A DNA stretch of 42,429 nt from contig NW_014040511.1 in NCBI RefSeq assembly GCF_001186125.1, positions 1-42,429 on the forward strand, given 5' to 3'. The position numbers and the translations under genes are program-made. The notes beneath the pieces were generated by a model. That model did not search any database. It was not told the DNA's origin and saw nothing but the letters and a program-made list of their open reading frames with translations. Position 1 is the stretch's first letter. The number at the start of each line of letters is the position of its first letter. This document shows, piece by piece, positions 14,876 through 24,871 of this stretch. The stretch comes from Sphaeroforma arctica JP610. Taxonomy: Eukaryota.

Positions 14876-15189
14876 CTTATGAATCACCGAACGGCATCGA
14901 CATTATACTTGGGCTAGATATGATGACTGACTTGGGCTAATACCTTGGAGAGATACAATCACCGCTGACACCGATTGACCCATTAGAACTCGACGACCTT
15001 CTCGAACCAATGGCTCGTCGCCAAGCTCCCAACACCAGTGTGCGGGCAAGACTCGCCACAGTTTTAGAAGCAAACGCCGACATTGCGAACAATGCACATT
15101 GTCGCTTAGAGGGGAGTGAGGTCGCGATATCAGTAACACGCGAGCAAGCCATGAACATGAGAAGTCGACAAACAAATACAGAAATGGTT

Positions 15190-15932
15190 GAAAGACTTGG
15201 GTGATTAAGAAACATACTACGCCAACGACGGTTAATCTTCCACTACTGGCAGTTCCGACATTCGACAGCGAGGGCAACGTAAAGAACGTGCACGTATGCC
15301 TGGATATGCGGGCGGTCAACGAAATGATCCCAGGAGACCAGTTCTTGATACGGAGGGTGAATAATGTCATTTTTCGGTTGAAGAGCAGGAAGCAATATAC
15401 CACACTCGATATATCAGCAGCATATCATAGACTACCGATACATCCCGATTCTAGAAATGATCAGCTTCACACATGACAGATATCAGTACTCATGCCACAC
15501 TCGATATATCAGCAGCATATCATAGACTACCGATACATCGTGGTTCTAGAAATCTGTTCAGCTTCACACATGACAGATACCAGTACTCGTTCACATCAGC
15601 ACCATTCGGTTTACACGTATTGACGCAGCAAATCCAGCGAACGCTCAGTACAATGCTCGATGGACTGCCAGTCCATCACTACATTGGCGACATTGATGAT
15701 CAAGAGACTGACATACCACAGTTTCAAACTGAATCCGGCAAAGTGTCACTTCGCAATTGCAGAGGTTATGATACTGGGCAAGAAAGTCTCAGCGAAAGGA
15801 ATTGATGTTGACTTTGAGAAGCAGGCTAAACTACTGGACTGGCCAACACCTCAGCGGTACAAAGACATTGCCTCCGCGTTGGGTCTGGCTAACTTCTTGC
15901 ACGATTATTTGCCAACTTTGCACATGTGGTAG
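15190..15932 (+). pseudogene. Gypsy-1 reverse transcriptase (frameshifted)
   Basis: VCLDMRAVN, LDISAAYHRL, YSFTSAPFGL, HYIGDI (degenerate YxDD), KLNPAKCHF, LGLANF. Confidence 0.9.
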
Positions 15933-16017
15933 CGCCACCACGAGAACTCTGTAAATTAAACCTAATGAACTGATAGGAGATAGGTAAGAACAACGCCATT
16001 CGGATGCATGGCAAGCA

Positions 16018-16435
16018 ATGAAGGACGCGATAGTTAACGCGGTCGCACTACACTTCCCGATGGATGACGTCCCACTCAACCTCGAGGCAGACGCTAGTGA
16101 CTACGAACTGGGGGGAGCGCTGTTTCAGTGGGTGGAAAGCAAAAAGCATTACCTCATATTCTTCAGCAAGACCCTCAATCAGGCTCAACAGAACTACACA
16201 ACACCAATGAAGGAACTCTTAGCGGTAGTCTACGAGTTGACACACTTCCGAGACTACCTCGACGGCCAACGTTTCACGGTGTTTACGGATCATAAGGCAT
16301 TAGTGTATACGAATAACCAACTGAATCTTAACCGAATGTTGCAGAGTTGGCATCATATCATAGCGCCTTTCAACTTTACAATTTCAAATATACCTGGGGA
16401 GAAGAACGTACAGCCGGATATGCTCAGTAGGACAC
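16018..16435 (+). pseudogene. Gypsy-1 RNase H
   Basis: LEADASDYELGGALFQ, FSKTLNQAQQNYTTPMKELLAVV, FTVFTDHKAL, IPGEKNVQPDMLSR. Confidence 0.92.
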
Positions 16436-16479
16436 ATGAAGGGACTGTGGGGAAAGACGTACCAAAAATTCTGTACGCA

Positions 16480-16845
16480 GACTGCTGGCAATTATTTCCA
16501 GCTATTTCGAACAGGCACAACGTATATTTGGCCACAACAATATAGATGTGTTCGCAGCACCTCATAACGCTCAGCTTTCTAGATGTTGGACTAAGAACGA
16601 CCGCGACGGTGCGTTTGATCATGATTGGGCGTTGGTACAGTGGGCTTTTATCGGCAGTAAAGGATTATCGGTTTTTCAGGCGAATGTTAATGCAGGCAAT
16701 AAATTCGTTTTCTTGGCTGTGCCTACGAGCCATGGCGTTACAGCATTTTTGACGCGATGGGGTGAGAAGTTTTAGTATGTGGGCAAGTCCATTGGTCTCA
16801 AAGTGGCGTCGTTTGTTTTTCAGCAACTTATGGACGAGATATATT
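16480..16845 (+). pseudogene. Dam-like N6-adenine methyltransferase N-terminal fragment joined in frame to an LTR-type RT fragment
   Basis: DCWQL/(frameshift)/SYFEQAQRIFGHNNIDVFAAPHNAQLSRCWTKNDRDGAFDHDW resembles the DIRS/phage MT motif W.L...F......G...IDLFA...N......DAF..DW; followed by TAFLTRWGEKF*YVGKSIGLKVASFVFQQLMDEI (TAF.T..G..Y....FGL..A...FQ..M RT motif). Confidence 0.62.
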
Positions 16846-17187
16846 CTAGGGACCAGAATATCAGCAATAACAAAAAGTCAATATGAAACCCAAAACCACA
16901 GGATTATCAGATACTGAATTTGGGGGGGGGGAGGGGTTAAGGATACAATATTTCTGATAATAGTGATCAGAAAATATAGCGAGATTACCGGTAGATGGTA
17001 CCGGGACCCCTGTGTGTGAGAGAAACACTCAGATAGAATTTGAGTCTAGTGTAGAAACACGAAACACAAGCAAGGACACAATGCCAGTCCTTCAGCCGAA
17101 AACTTTACCTAGCTGAGAGATTCGCACGTGAGAAGAGGTCTATTGTTTCCTATGGTCGTATCTTTTCAATTTCTCTCAAACTTGTCA
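16838..17187 (+). mobile_element. LTR-A copy (diverged)
   Basis: tctagggaccaga...gagagaaacact...gagtctagt...ctagctgaga...gagaagaggtctat...ca, colinear with 24535-24871. Confidence 0.8.
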
Positions 17188-17219
17188 TTTTGGCACTATC
17201 CTTACCATGTTAAGTCGTA

Positions 17220-17361
17220 TAGACTACCGGTTCTACCGCTAATCTTTCTGATGACTCTGATATCAGAAATATTTGAATTCTAATTCCAAAACCGAGTATT
17301 TGATGATTCTGTGCCTTTGGGTTCTGGATTGGCTTTGGATAATCTGGTCCCTAGATGCTAC
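17220..17361 (-). mobile_element. LTR-A partial copy (5' ~140 bp)
   Basis: ...aatctggtccctagatgctac, reverse complement of the LTR-A 5' end. Confidence 0.85.
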
Positions 17362-17481
17362 TTAAATTAGAGAAAGGAATTGAAAATAGCATCTAGAAAA
17401 TTTGATTGGGTAATTAGAAAACGTACCCGTAAATTCATATGTACATTTACTGACTTTCCCATGTAGGCCATGTACATTTAT
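17362..17481. repeat. Left arm of ~120-bp inverted repeat (partner 19575-19693)
   Basis: agaaaacgtacccgtaaatt...tgactttcccatgtaggccatgtacattta is the reverse complement of the partner arm. Confidence 0.9.
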
Positions 17482-18371
17482 AGTATTCCCTTACAATAAA
17501 TATCACAACTGGTTACAACTATAATGAGACTGCAGTTGCAATAGAAATATGTTTTTCGAAATCTAGGCACCACACTATGGTGATGTGTACTCGATGGGAA
17601 ATACATCCGAACACATGTGTAAACATAATGGATACCACCGAAATGTTTACAAACACAGGTGTAAATATATAGGTCAAGAATATAACTCAAGAATACAATA
17701 CAGGTGAATGCAAACAAGCACATACACAAACTTAGATGAGGTCTGTACACGAATCTCAAATCCAGAGACTCATATGCCGCGTATACCTTATGCACGCATT
17801 CACATCTTAGATGGCAAGACTTGTGCACATTGAACTTATGTGAAACAAACACACACGCTACTCAAATCCAGAGAATGAAAAACATGACAGACAATACAAG
17901 GGCACGACACCAATGTAGACATATATGAACGTCGGGACATACCGGAAGCATAGATATATTTTTGAATGGGAAAACACAAGGCAGAAATATTCTAATATTT
18001 TGAATATTGCACAAGCAAGTCACCGTATACACGTTAGAGATACACATATAAACACATTTTGAAGAGTATACATCGAGTCACATAGAGAACAGCTCTCATT
18101 CGAACCACGAATAGATGAACCACAAATGTATAACTAGACATGGACTAACACGGACTATATATACAAACACAATTTGTGATTACAAGGAATCACAAAATAC
18201 GGGTAAGACACGATAACGTAAATTTTGTGTCTCAAAGTACATACCACAAGCAAACGACACTGTATCAAAGTGAGACAGACACGTATATAAAGAACAACAC
18301 CGACACATGTGCATCTGCTACTGCTATTAACAGGCGAGCATGTCCAAACAGACCTACTGAAGAAGGTACAA

Positions 18372-18753
18372 CTACATCAGTTGTGTGGTGTAGTATCGGA
18401 CAGCCCCCAACTTCGCTCCGAAACAGAATTGCAGATTACAACCTCACCCTCCTTGGTATCACGTTCAAAATATCTCAGACCGACTCAGTCCATATTATCA
18501 CTACAAGTGTTGGCCAGCTTTATTCCACGCAATGGCACACAGGTCTTAGTTCTCACCTAATGGTAGAGGTATTCTGGATCCATCGCCGTGAACTAACGCA
18601 CAGTATATCTTCCATCGTTGCATCCCTTGACCCGAGCTTGTCGCGGCAGTTAGACAATCTCAACTTTCCTTTAATCTCCCAAAACCTCTCCAACGATTAT
18701 GAATACATATAGACATATAAAACTTTTCCAAATTGAAATAAATTATAGTATCC
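18372..18753 (+). mobile_element. 3' fragment of the LINE family
   Basis: TSVVWCSIGQPP...GITFKISQTDS...QWHTG, near-colinear with 36742-37133, ending ttgaaataaattatagtatcc. Confidence 0.85.
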
Positions 18754-18829
18754 CTTTAAACTTAGAGAGGTCAATTGTCAACACGAGCAAGACAAACTCG
18801 TACTACCAAAGACAAACGACGCACTCTAC

Positions 18830-19225
18830 AACCTACAAAGTACGCATTATTTTTTCCAAACTGGTCTTGACAAGAGGATTTCACTATTTTTGTGTACATG
18901 AAAATAGCCAACACTTCTTCACCTTCTCATGGAGAGGGGCACAATACTCATTTAAGTCAGCACCTTTTGGACTACACTCGCCAACAGCACAACTTGAAGG
19001 AGTGAAGACAAACCTACTCATTGACATTAAAGGTAAAGGTGTACAAGTATATGTTGATGACATAGCCATCACAAGTCTCACATACGAGGAATTCAGTTAG
19101 ACAGTAAGAGAAGCCATTGTAACACTTAACTCTGCCAAATTCAGGCTGAACCACAACAAAAGTTCTTTTGTAGTGAAGACAGTTTAAGTTGAAATCGTCT
19201 GCCAATGAGTGTAGTCCAAATGGTA
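18830..19225 (+). pseudogene. Ty3/Gypsy-type RT fragment
   Basis: FSKLVLTRGFH, FTFSWRGAQYSFKSAPFGL, VQVYVDDIAI, FRLNHNKSSF. Confidence 0.85.
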
Positions 19226-19244
19226 CTGACCGCACAATTTCAAC

Positions 19245-19423
19245 TAAAATTGGTTTTACTGCGAACGCACATTTGTCGTGGTTCAGCCTGAAGTTGGCAG
19301 AGTTAGGTGTTGTAATGACTTCTCTTACTGTCATTGTGTTCCTCTTCTGTGAGACTTACGATGGCTGTGTCATCTTTATATACTTGTACATCTCTAATGC
19401 CAATGAGTAGGTTTGACTTTACT
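19245..19423 (-). pseudogene. Inverted, diverged copy of the adjacent RT fragment
   Basis: Reverse complement of ~19001-19190 (TVREVITTPNSANFRLNHDKCAF vs TVREAIVTLNSAKFRLNHNKSSF). Confidence 0.85.
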
Positions 19424-19574
19424 GAAGGTTAGATATGTTATTTTTAGATATTATCAGAGTCTCAGTGATAAAAGTCGTAATAGATACAGTAAAACTTGAA
19501 GAAGAAAAATGATTTGGGGTTTGTAATGTCTGACTCGGACAATATATACATATTTGGTTTAGGAGGAAATGATC

Positions 19575-19693
19575 TAAATGTACATGGCCTACATGGGAAA
19601 GTCACTAAATGGTACATACAAATTTACGGGTACGTTTTCTATTTACCCAATAAAATTCTATAAATGCGAGTTTCAATTCTTTTCTCAAATTTA
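19575..19693. repeat. Right arm of ~120-bp inverted repeat (partner 17362-17481)
   Basis: taaatgtacatggcctacatgggaaagtca...aatttacgggtacgttttct. Confidence 0.9.
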
Positions 19694-20298
19694 TTTATTG
19701 AAAATTTGATTTAGTCCAAGTGGCAAGACAATAGTAGCGAAATATAAAATATATATAAAAGCTTATTTAAATTCCACACTAAGAAATATATCTTTGACTG
19801 CGGCAGATTCCTTTTAGGTGACAAGATGACATATTTTAAGGTTTTAGGGTTTTTTGCACAGGATATCCTGTGCATCAGAGAAGGATTTTGGGTGAGAATC
19901 TGACTGCATGAACACGGCTTCCGAAAAAAAGTCTTTATATGTGAGTTACATCGCTACTTGCTTAAAGCTTCAAGCACAGACATTGGATGAGGGCTGTGGA
20001 TGGAAAGGCAGTTACTGCATTAAGGCTATATGTCTATGTGATTGGTGCATATAAAATAATACATCACATGTCTTTCTGGTTGTGTGATTAAAAATTGAGC
20101 ATTCATCATGAAAAGACAGGATGAAGTAGTGTGATTCCGATGAATTTGCTATGGAACTTATAGCAAAACATCAGAATGTGATGGAAGGTAGTTCAGGTGA
20201 TAAGTTCAGTCGGAAACGACATAAAAATGTCTACACAAAATGAGAGACTACAGGTCTCGGGCCAGATTTTACAGCAAGAAACCCTCTTTGATAAATGG

Positions 20299-20460
20299 AA
20301 GTCATCAGAGTTAGCACACTCCCCAGAGCTAAGTCATCAGAGTTAGCACACTCCCCAGAGCTAAGTCATCAGAGTTAGCACACTCCCCAGAGCTAAGTCA
20401 TCAGAGTTAGCTCTCTCCCCAGAGCTAAGTCATCAGAGTTAGCTCACTCCCGAGAGCTAA
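20299..20460. repeat. Minisatellite, 32-bp unit x5
   Basis: aagtcatcagagttagcacactccccagagct repeated head to tail without spacers. Confidence 0.95.
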
Positions 20461-21035
20461 TCAAGTTGATTAAATAATACTTAAGCAACTTCCGAGAGCA
20501 GAATAAGTTTTTCAACCGATTCCCGAGAGTGGATTAAGTATGCCAACGGCAACATTCTAAAAATAGCTGTGGTTCTATGTGAGTCACAGCCTATGCGGAA
20601 AGGCATCATGTGATCAGCATGAGATTTAGTTGCAGATAAGTTGAAATAGAATAGCATCGAAGTGTTAAAGTGTTCTGCATAAGGTTTCTCATACTGACCT
20701 TATGAGTTTTTACCCTGGCCAGCCCAAGCGGCTGAACACTAGCACAAACACCTTAGGTATAAAACCAAAGGTGAGGTCAGAAATAAATACATACATTTGC
20801 ACTTTATTTGAAGTCTACCATATTGCACTCTAACACAAAAGTTCAGTCAGAGCGAGTCAAGGACTTGAATAGTGAACTTTGCAATAAACAAGGGGTTTGC
20901 TACTGTAAAAGTGATTTCCTCTCGAAAACTCAAGTGCACTAATTATTCCTAAATAAGCGCTCTACAATTTTTTATTTATTTATCAAATGTAAGTCGCAAA
21001 AGCACGAACTTCCACCCTTGAAATTGTCAGTAAGT

Positions 21036-22608
21036 TTATAGGTCACTGCTATGGAGACAAAGAGGAGAGACCTGTATTACTGTGCTAGATATATATAGCG
21101 CTGCGCTAAATATAACATTCTGGACAGAGTTGTAGTAAATAAGTGTTTTGTGCAAGATGGGCTGTGTGAGGTCTAGGTGTAAGTATGTAAGACCTAGACT
21201 ATATAGTTTACCTCTTTCAGTGATATGTTCAATACCACCATCAGTTAGTTGTAGTGGAAAAGTTCCCGTTTCAAAGTTCGTGAGTAAATGACATATTTTG
21301 GTGTGCATGTAGTTAACTGTCGCACTTCCATATATAAAAAATCGGAGAGTATGGAGAGTAGCTGATGGGCACACGATAAAGGATACAATAGACCTCTTCT
21401 CAAGTACGATTCTCTCAGTTAGGAAAAGTCCCTAGTCTGAGAGAACTGAACTGATTCTTTATTTGTGTCTTCATTAGACTCATGAGTTACTTGTTTCTCT
21501 CACACGCGGAGTCTCGGTATAGCCAATCGATTCTAACGCTAATATTTCTGATGACTCCAATATCAGAAATATTCCAATCCTAATTCTAAAACTCAATATT
21601 TGATGATCATGGGTTTTGGATTTTGGATTGGCTTTTTGATAATCTGGTCCCTAGATGCTACAGAGTGAGTATATGTCTAAGTTAGACTGTGGTGATTTTA
21701 CTGTGCGAACGGTACTACGTACGATTTGTTGTAGCAGTTGGTTGGGTGGGTGGAACCGGAGGGTATGTAAATTTGTTTTTATTCACATGTTAGCTACATT
21801 CATCAGCCACATGACCTGGGCGTGAGCATATGACACAGGTACCAGAAGACATGGCTTGAGTACATGCACGAGCGTTGTGACCTTCCTGACCGCAGCGGCC
21901 ACAACCTTTAGGAAAGAGTGAGAAAGTGTGTGTTGTGATTTAACATACATATTTCCGTGTTCGTGTTAGACGATTTTGATTGTTACGTTGAGAATTGAGA
22001 TCACTTATCGTCTGGACAAGGACAGCAATAGTAGGACTATGTGTAGATGAAGTGACGGCATTAGCTGTTGACATTTGCTGGGTCGTTTTGGTATGCCATG
22101 TTTCCAGGTAAGTACAAAGATCACCAATATTAACCGGTGAGCGGTCACGAATTTGCATCTGGTAGATGTTTAGGAGTTGATTACGATCAGCTTAGCCGAG
22201 TTCACCGATAAATATTTTTTTGGACACTAGTGTTCAAGATGGTACCATGAACGGTGGCAGCAGCAACCGCAGTTTCACATGTCAAAGACCATTCGCGAAT
22301 TTCTGAAGGACCATTTGCGAACATCTGAAGGACCATTCACGAAGAGATGTGGTGGGTCCTCGGTGCATAGTAGTCAGGTTGGCAGCATCAACTATCTCGT
22401 AGATGAGATTAGATTGATGTTTTAATTTAGATTTTAGAGAAGCAAATAGAATCCACAAATGTTCATTCCTGATTGTCTTGGCGAGAGCTAGGCGAAGAGC
22501 AGGATCTATTGACAAGATGAGAATTGTTTTTGCTTTCTGATATTTACCATTAGCTCGTGTCTGCGTAATGAAAGTTCCAATGACAATCATGTAGTGTTGA
22601 AAATCAGT
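21036..22608 (-). mobile_element. Decayed gag (double CCHC) + Copia-type protease element, interrupted by LTR-A, running into a gap
   Basis: 21790-21910 reads KGCGRCGQEGHNARACTQAMSSGTCVICSRPGHVADECS; after the LTR: FFIYGSATVNY...LTNFETGTFPLQLTDGGIEHITERGKL. Confidence 0.75.
21343..21662 (-). mobile_element. LTR-A copy, probable solo LTR
   Basis: Colinear with 24535-24871; flanks on the element strand are actc / attt (possibly a decayed 4-bp TSD). Confidence 0.88.
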
Positions 22609-23610
22609 NNNNNNNNNNNNNNNNNNNNNNNNNNNNNNNNNNNNNNNNNNNNNNNNNNNNNNNNNNNNNNNNNNNNNNNNNNNNNNNNNNNNNNNNNNNN
22701 NNNNNNNNNNNNNNNNNNNNNNNNNNNNNNNNNNNNNNNNNNNNNNNNNNNNNNNNNNNNNNNNNNNNNNNNNNNNNNNNNNNNNNNNNNNNNNNNNNNN
22801 NNNNNNNNNNNNNNNNNNNNNNNNNNNNNNNNNNNNNNNNNNNNNNNNNNNNNNNNNNNNNNNNNNNNNNNNNNNNNNNNNNNNNNNNNNNNNNNNNNNN
22901 NNNNNNNNNNNNNNNNNNNNNNNNNNNNNNNNNNNNNNNNNNNNNNNNNNNNNNNNNNNNNNNNNNNNNNNNNNNNNNNNNNNNNNNNNNNNNNNNNNNN
23001 NNNNNNNNNNNNNNNNNNNNNNNNNNNNNNNNNNNNNNNNNNNNNNNNNNNNNNNNNNNNNNNNNNNNNNNNNNNNNNNNNNNNNNNNNNNNNNNNNNNN
23101 NNNNNNNNNNNNNNNNNNNNNNNNNNNNNNNNNNNNNNNNNNNNNNNNNNNNNNNNNNNNNNNNNNNNNNNNNNNNNNNNNNNNNNNNNNNNNNNNNNNN
23201 NNNNNNNNNNNNNNNNNNNNNNNNNNNNNNNNNNNNNNNNNNNNNNNNNNNNNNNNNNNNNNNNNNNNNNNNNNNNNNNNNNNNNNNNNNNNNNNNNNNN
23301 NNNNNNNNNNNNNNNNNNNNNNNNNNNNNNNNNNNNNNNNNNNNNNNNNNNNNNNNNNNNNNNNNNNNNNNNNNNNNNNNNNNNNNNNNNNNNNNNNNNN
23401 NNNNNNNNNNNNNNNNNNNNNNNNNNNNNNNNNNNNNNNNNNNNNNNNNNNNNNNNNNNNNNNNNNNNNNNNNNNNNNNNNNNNNNNNNNNNNNNNNNNN
23501 NNNNNNNNNNNNNNNNNNNNNNNNNNNNNNNNNNNNNNNNNNNNNNNNNNNNNNNNNNNNNNNNNNNNNNGAGTTTCGAAATGCCAAGAAGACTCTTAGA
23601 TCCTACCGCG

Positions 23611-24131
23611 CCACCCGCAATTTTCTGATTTGGTCCCCATCTTACAATTTAAGTAAAACTATTAGCAAAGAAACAAGGACGAAGGACCTATGGACGATGT
23701 ATGATATTATTGGACAATTCTACTTCCACAGTCCGTGAAAGTCTCTCTGCCCATCAATATGGCCTACGTCCATGAATTCCAAGCAGGCCTTGTTGATGTA
23801 AAAAGCTTCAAATGTATAATGCTCCAGACCGACACCGAAATTCAGGGTCTAAGCTTTTCTAGTAACTTTAACCCACCCGCAATTTTCTGATTTGGTCCCC
23901 ATCTTACAATTTAAGTAAAACTATTAGCAAAGAAACAAGGACGAAGGACCTATGGACGATCTATGATATTATTGGACAATTATACTTCCACAGTCCGTGA
24001 AAGTCTCTCTGCCCATCAATATGGCCTACGTCCATGAATTCCAGGCAGGCCTTGGCGATGTAAAAAGCTTCAAATGTAAAATGCTCCAGACCGACACCGA
24101 AATTCAGGGTCTCAACTTTTCTAGTAACTTT
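23611..24131. repeat. Tandem direct duplication, ~262-bp period
   Basis: ccacccgcaattttctg...ctagtaacttt at 23611 and 23873 with a few substitutions; next to a gap. Confidence 0.9.
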
Positions 24132-24534
24132 TAAAATGATTGTTATTTAACTGGTCTCTCACAGGAAGACGAGATATATGGGTCTTCGCGCTACCTTTAC
24201 CTTCATTACCATTTATGATTGGTACTCTACGAATTCAGACCACCTGACTGCCACACAGCGGGCATATCGCGCCACTGCACACCACCCTGTAGTTAATCGC
24301 CAACCTGAACGTATACAGACATGTTTCGTCTGTTGGAAAACCACGCATCATTCTTCCAAATGTCCAATGTGCGGCGCAAAACACCACGACAACACTAATC
24401 CAACGCACTATCTGTAGTAAAATGAGACACAATAATGTATGCTGCGGCCGCCGATCAATTAAAAACAAAAACTGTTATCCCTCTAGTACTAATATCACTG
24501 TTGATCACACTAAACAACACCAAGGTGATAACAT

Positions 24535-24871
24535 TGTAGCATCTAGAGACCAGATTATCAAAAAGCCAATCCAAAACCCAAAACCTCAGAATGATCAATT
24601 GTTGAGTTTTGAAATTGGAATTCAAATATTCTTGATATTAAAGTCATCAGAAATATTAGCGGTAGAACCGGTAATCTAAACCAGGACTCCGCGTGCGAGA
24701 GAAACACTGAAGTAGAACCCCGAGTCTAGTGAATTAGAAAAAAAACAACAAATAAAGACTCAGTTCGGTTCTCTCAGACTAGGGACTTTTCCTAGCTGAG
24801 ATAACCGCACTTGAGAAGAGGTCTATCTTATCTTTTTAGTCGTACCTTTCAGCTACTCTCTATACTCTACA
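24535..24871 (+). mobile_element. Solo LTR-A (337 bp) with 4-bp TSD ACAT
   Basis: TGTAG...CTACA inverted termini; acat at 24531-24534 and 24872-24875; internal aataaa at ~24751. Confidence 0.92.

Larger units (their letters stand above)
12487..16440 (+). mobile_element. Ty3/Gypsy-type LTR retrotransposon internal region (Gypsy-1), degenerate, no integrase seen
   Basis: Broken gag-like ORFs 12487-14400, then PR, RT and RNase H in Gypsy order with stops and frameshifts; ~90-bp internal duplication at ~15401-15588. Confidence 0.85.

Noticed and set aside
20299..20460. 32-bp repeats of CRISPR-like length (also the 39-bp repeats at 37967-38105)
   Set aside because: Head-to-tail units without unique spacers, in a eukaryotic context; minisatellites.
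22594..23628. Long ORFs spanning N runs
   Set aside because: Artefacts of the assembly gap.
23611..24131. 262-bp direct repeat as a possible LTR pair
   Set aside because: Abutting tandem copies inside gag-like sequence, no TG...CA ends, next to a gap; a local duplication or assembly effect.
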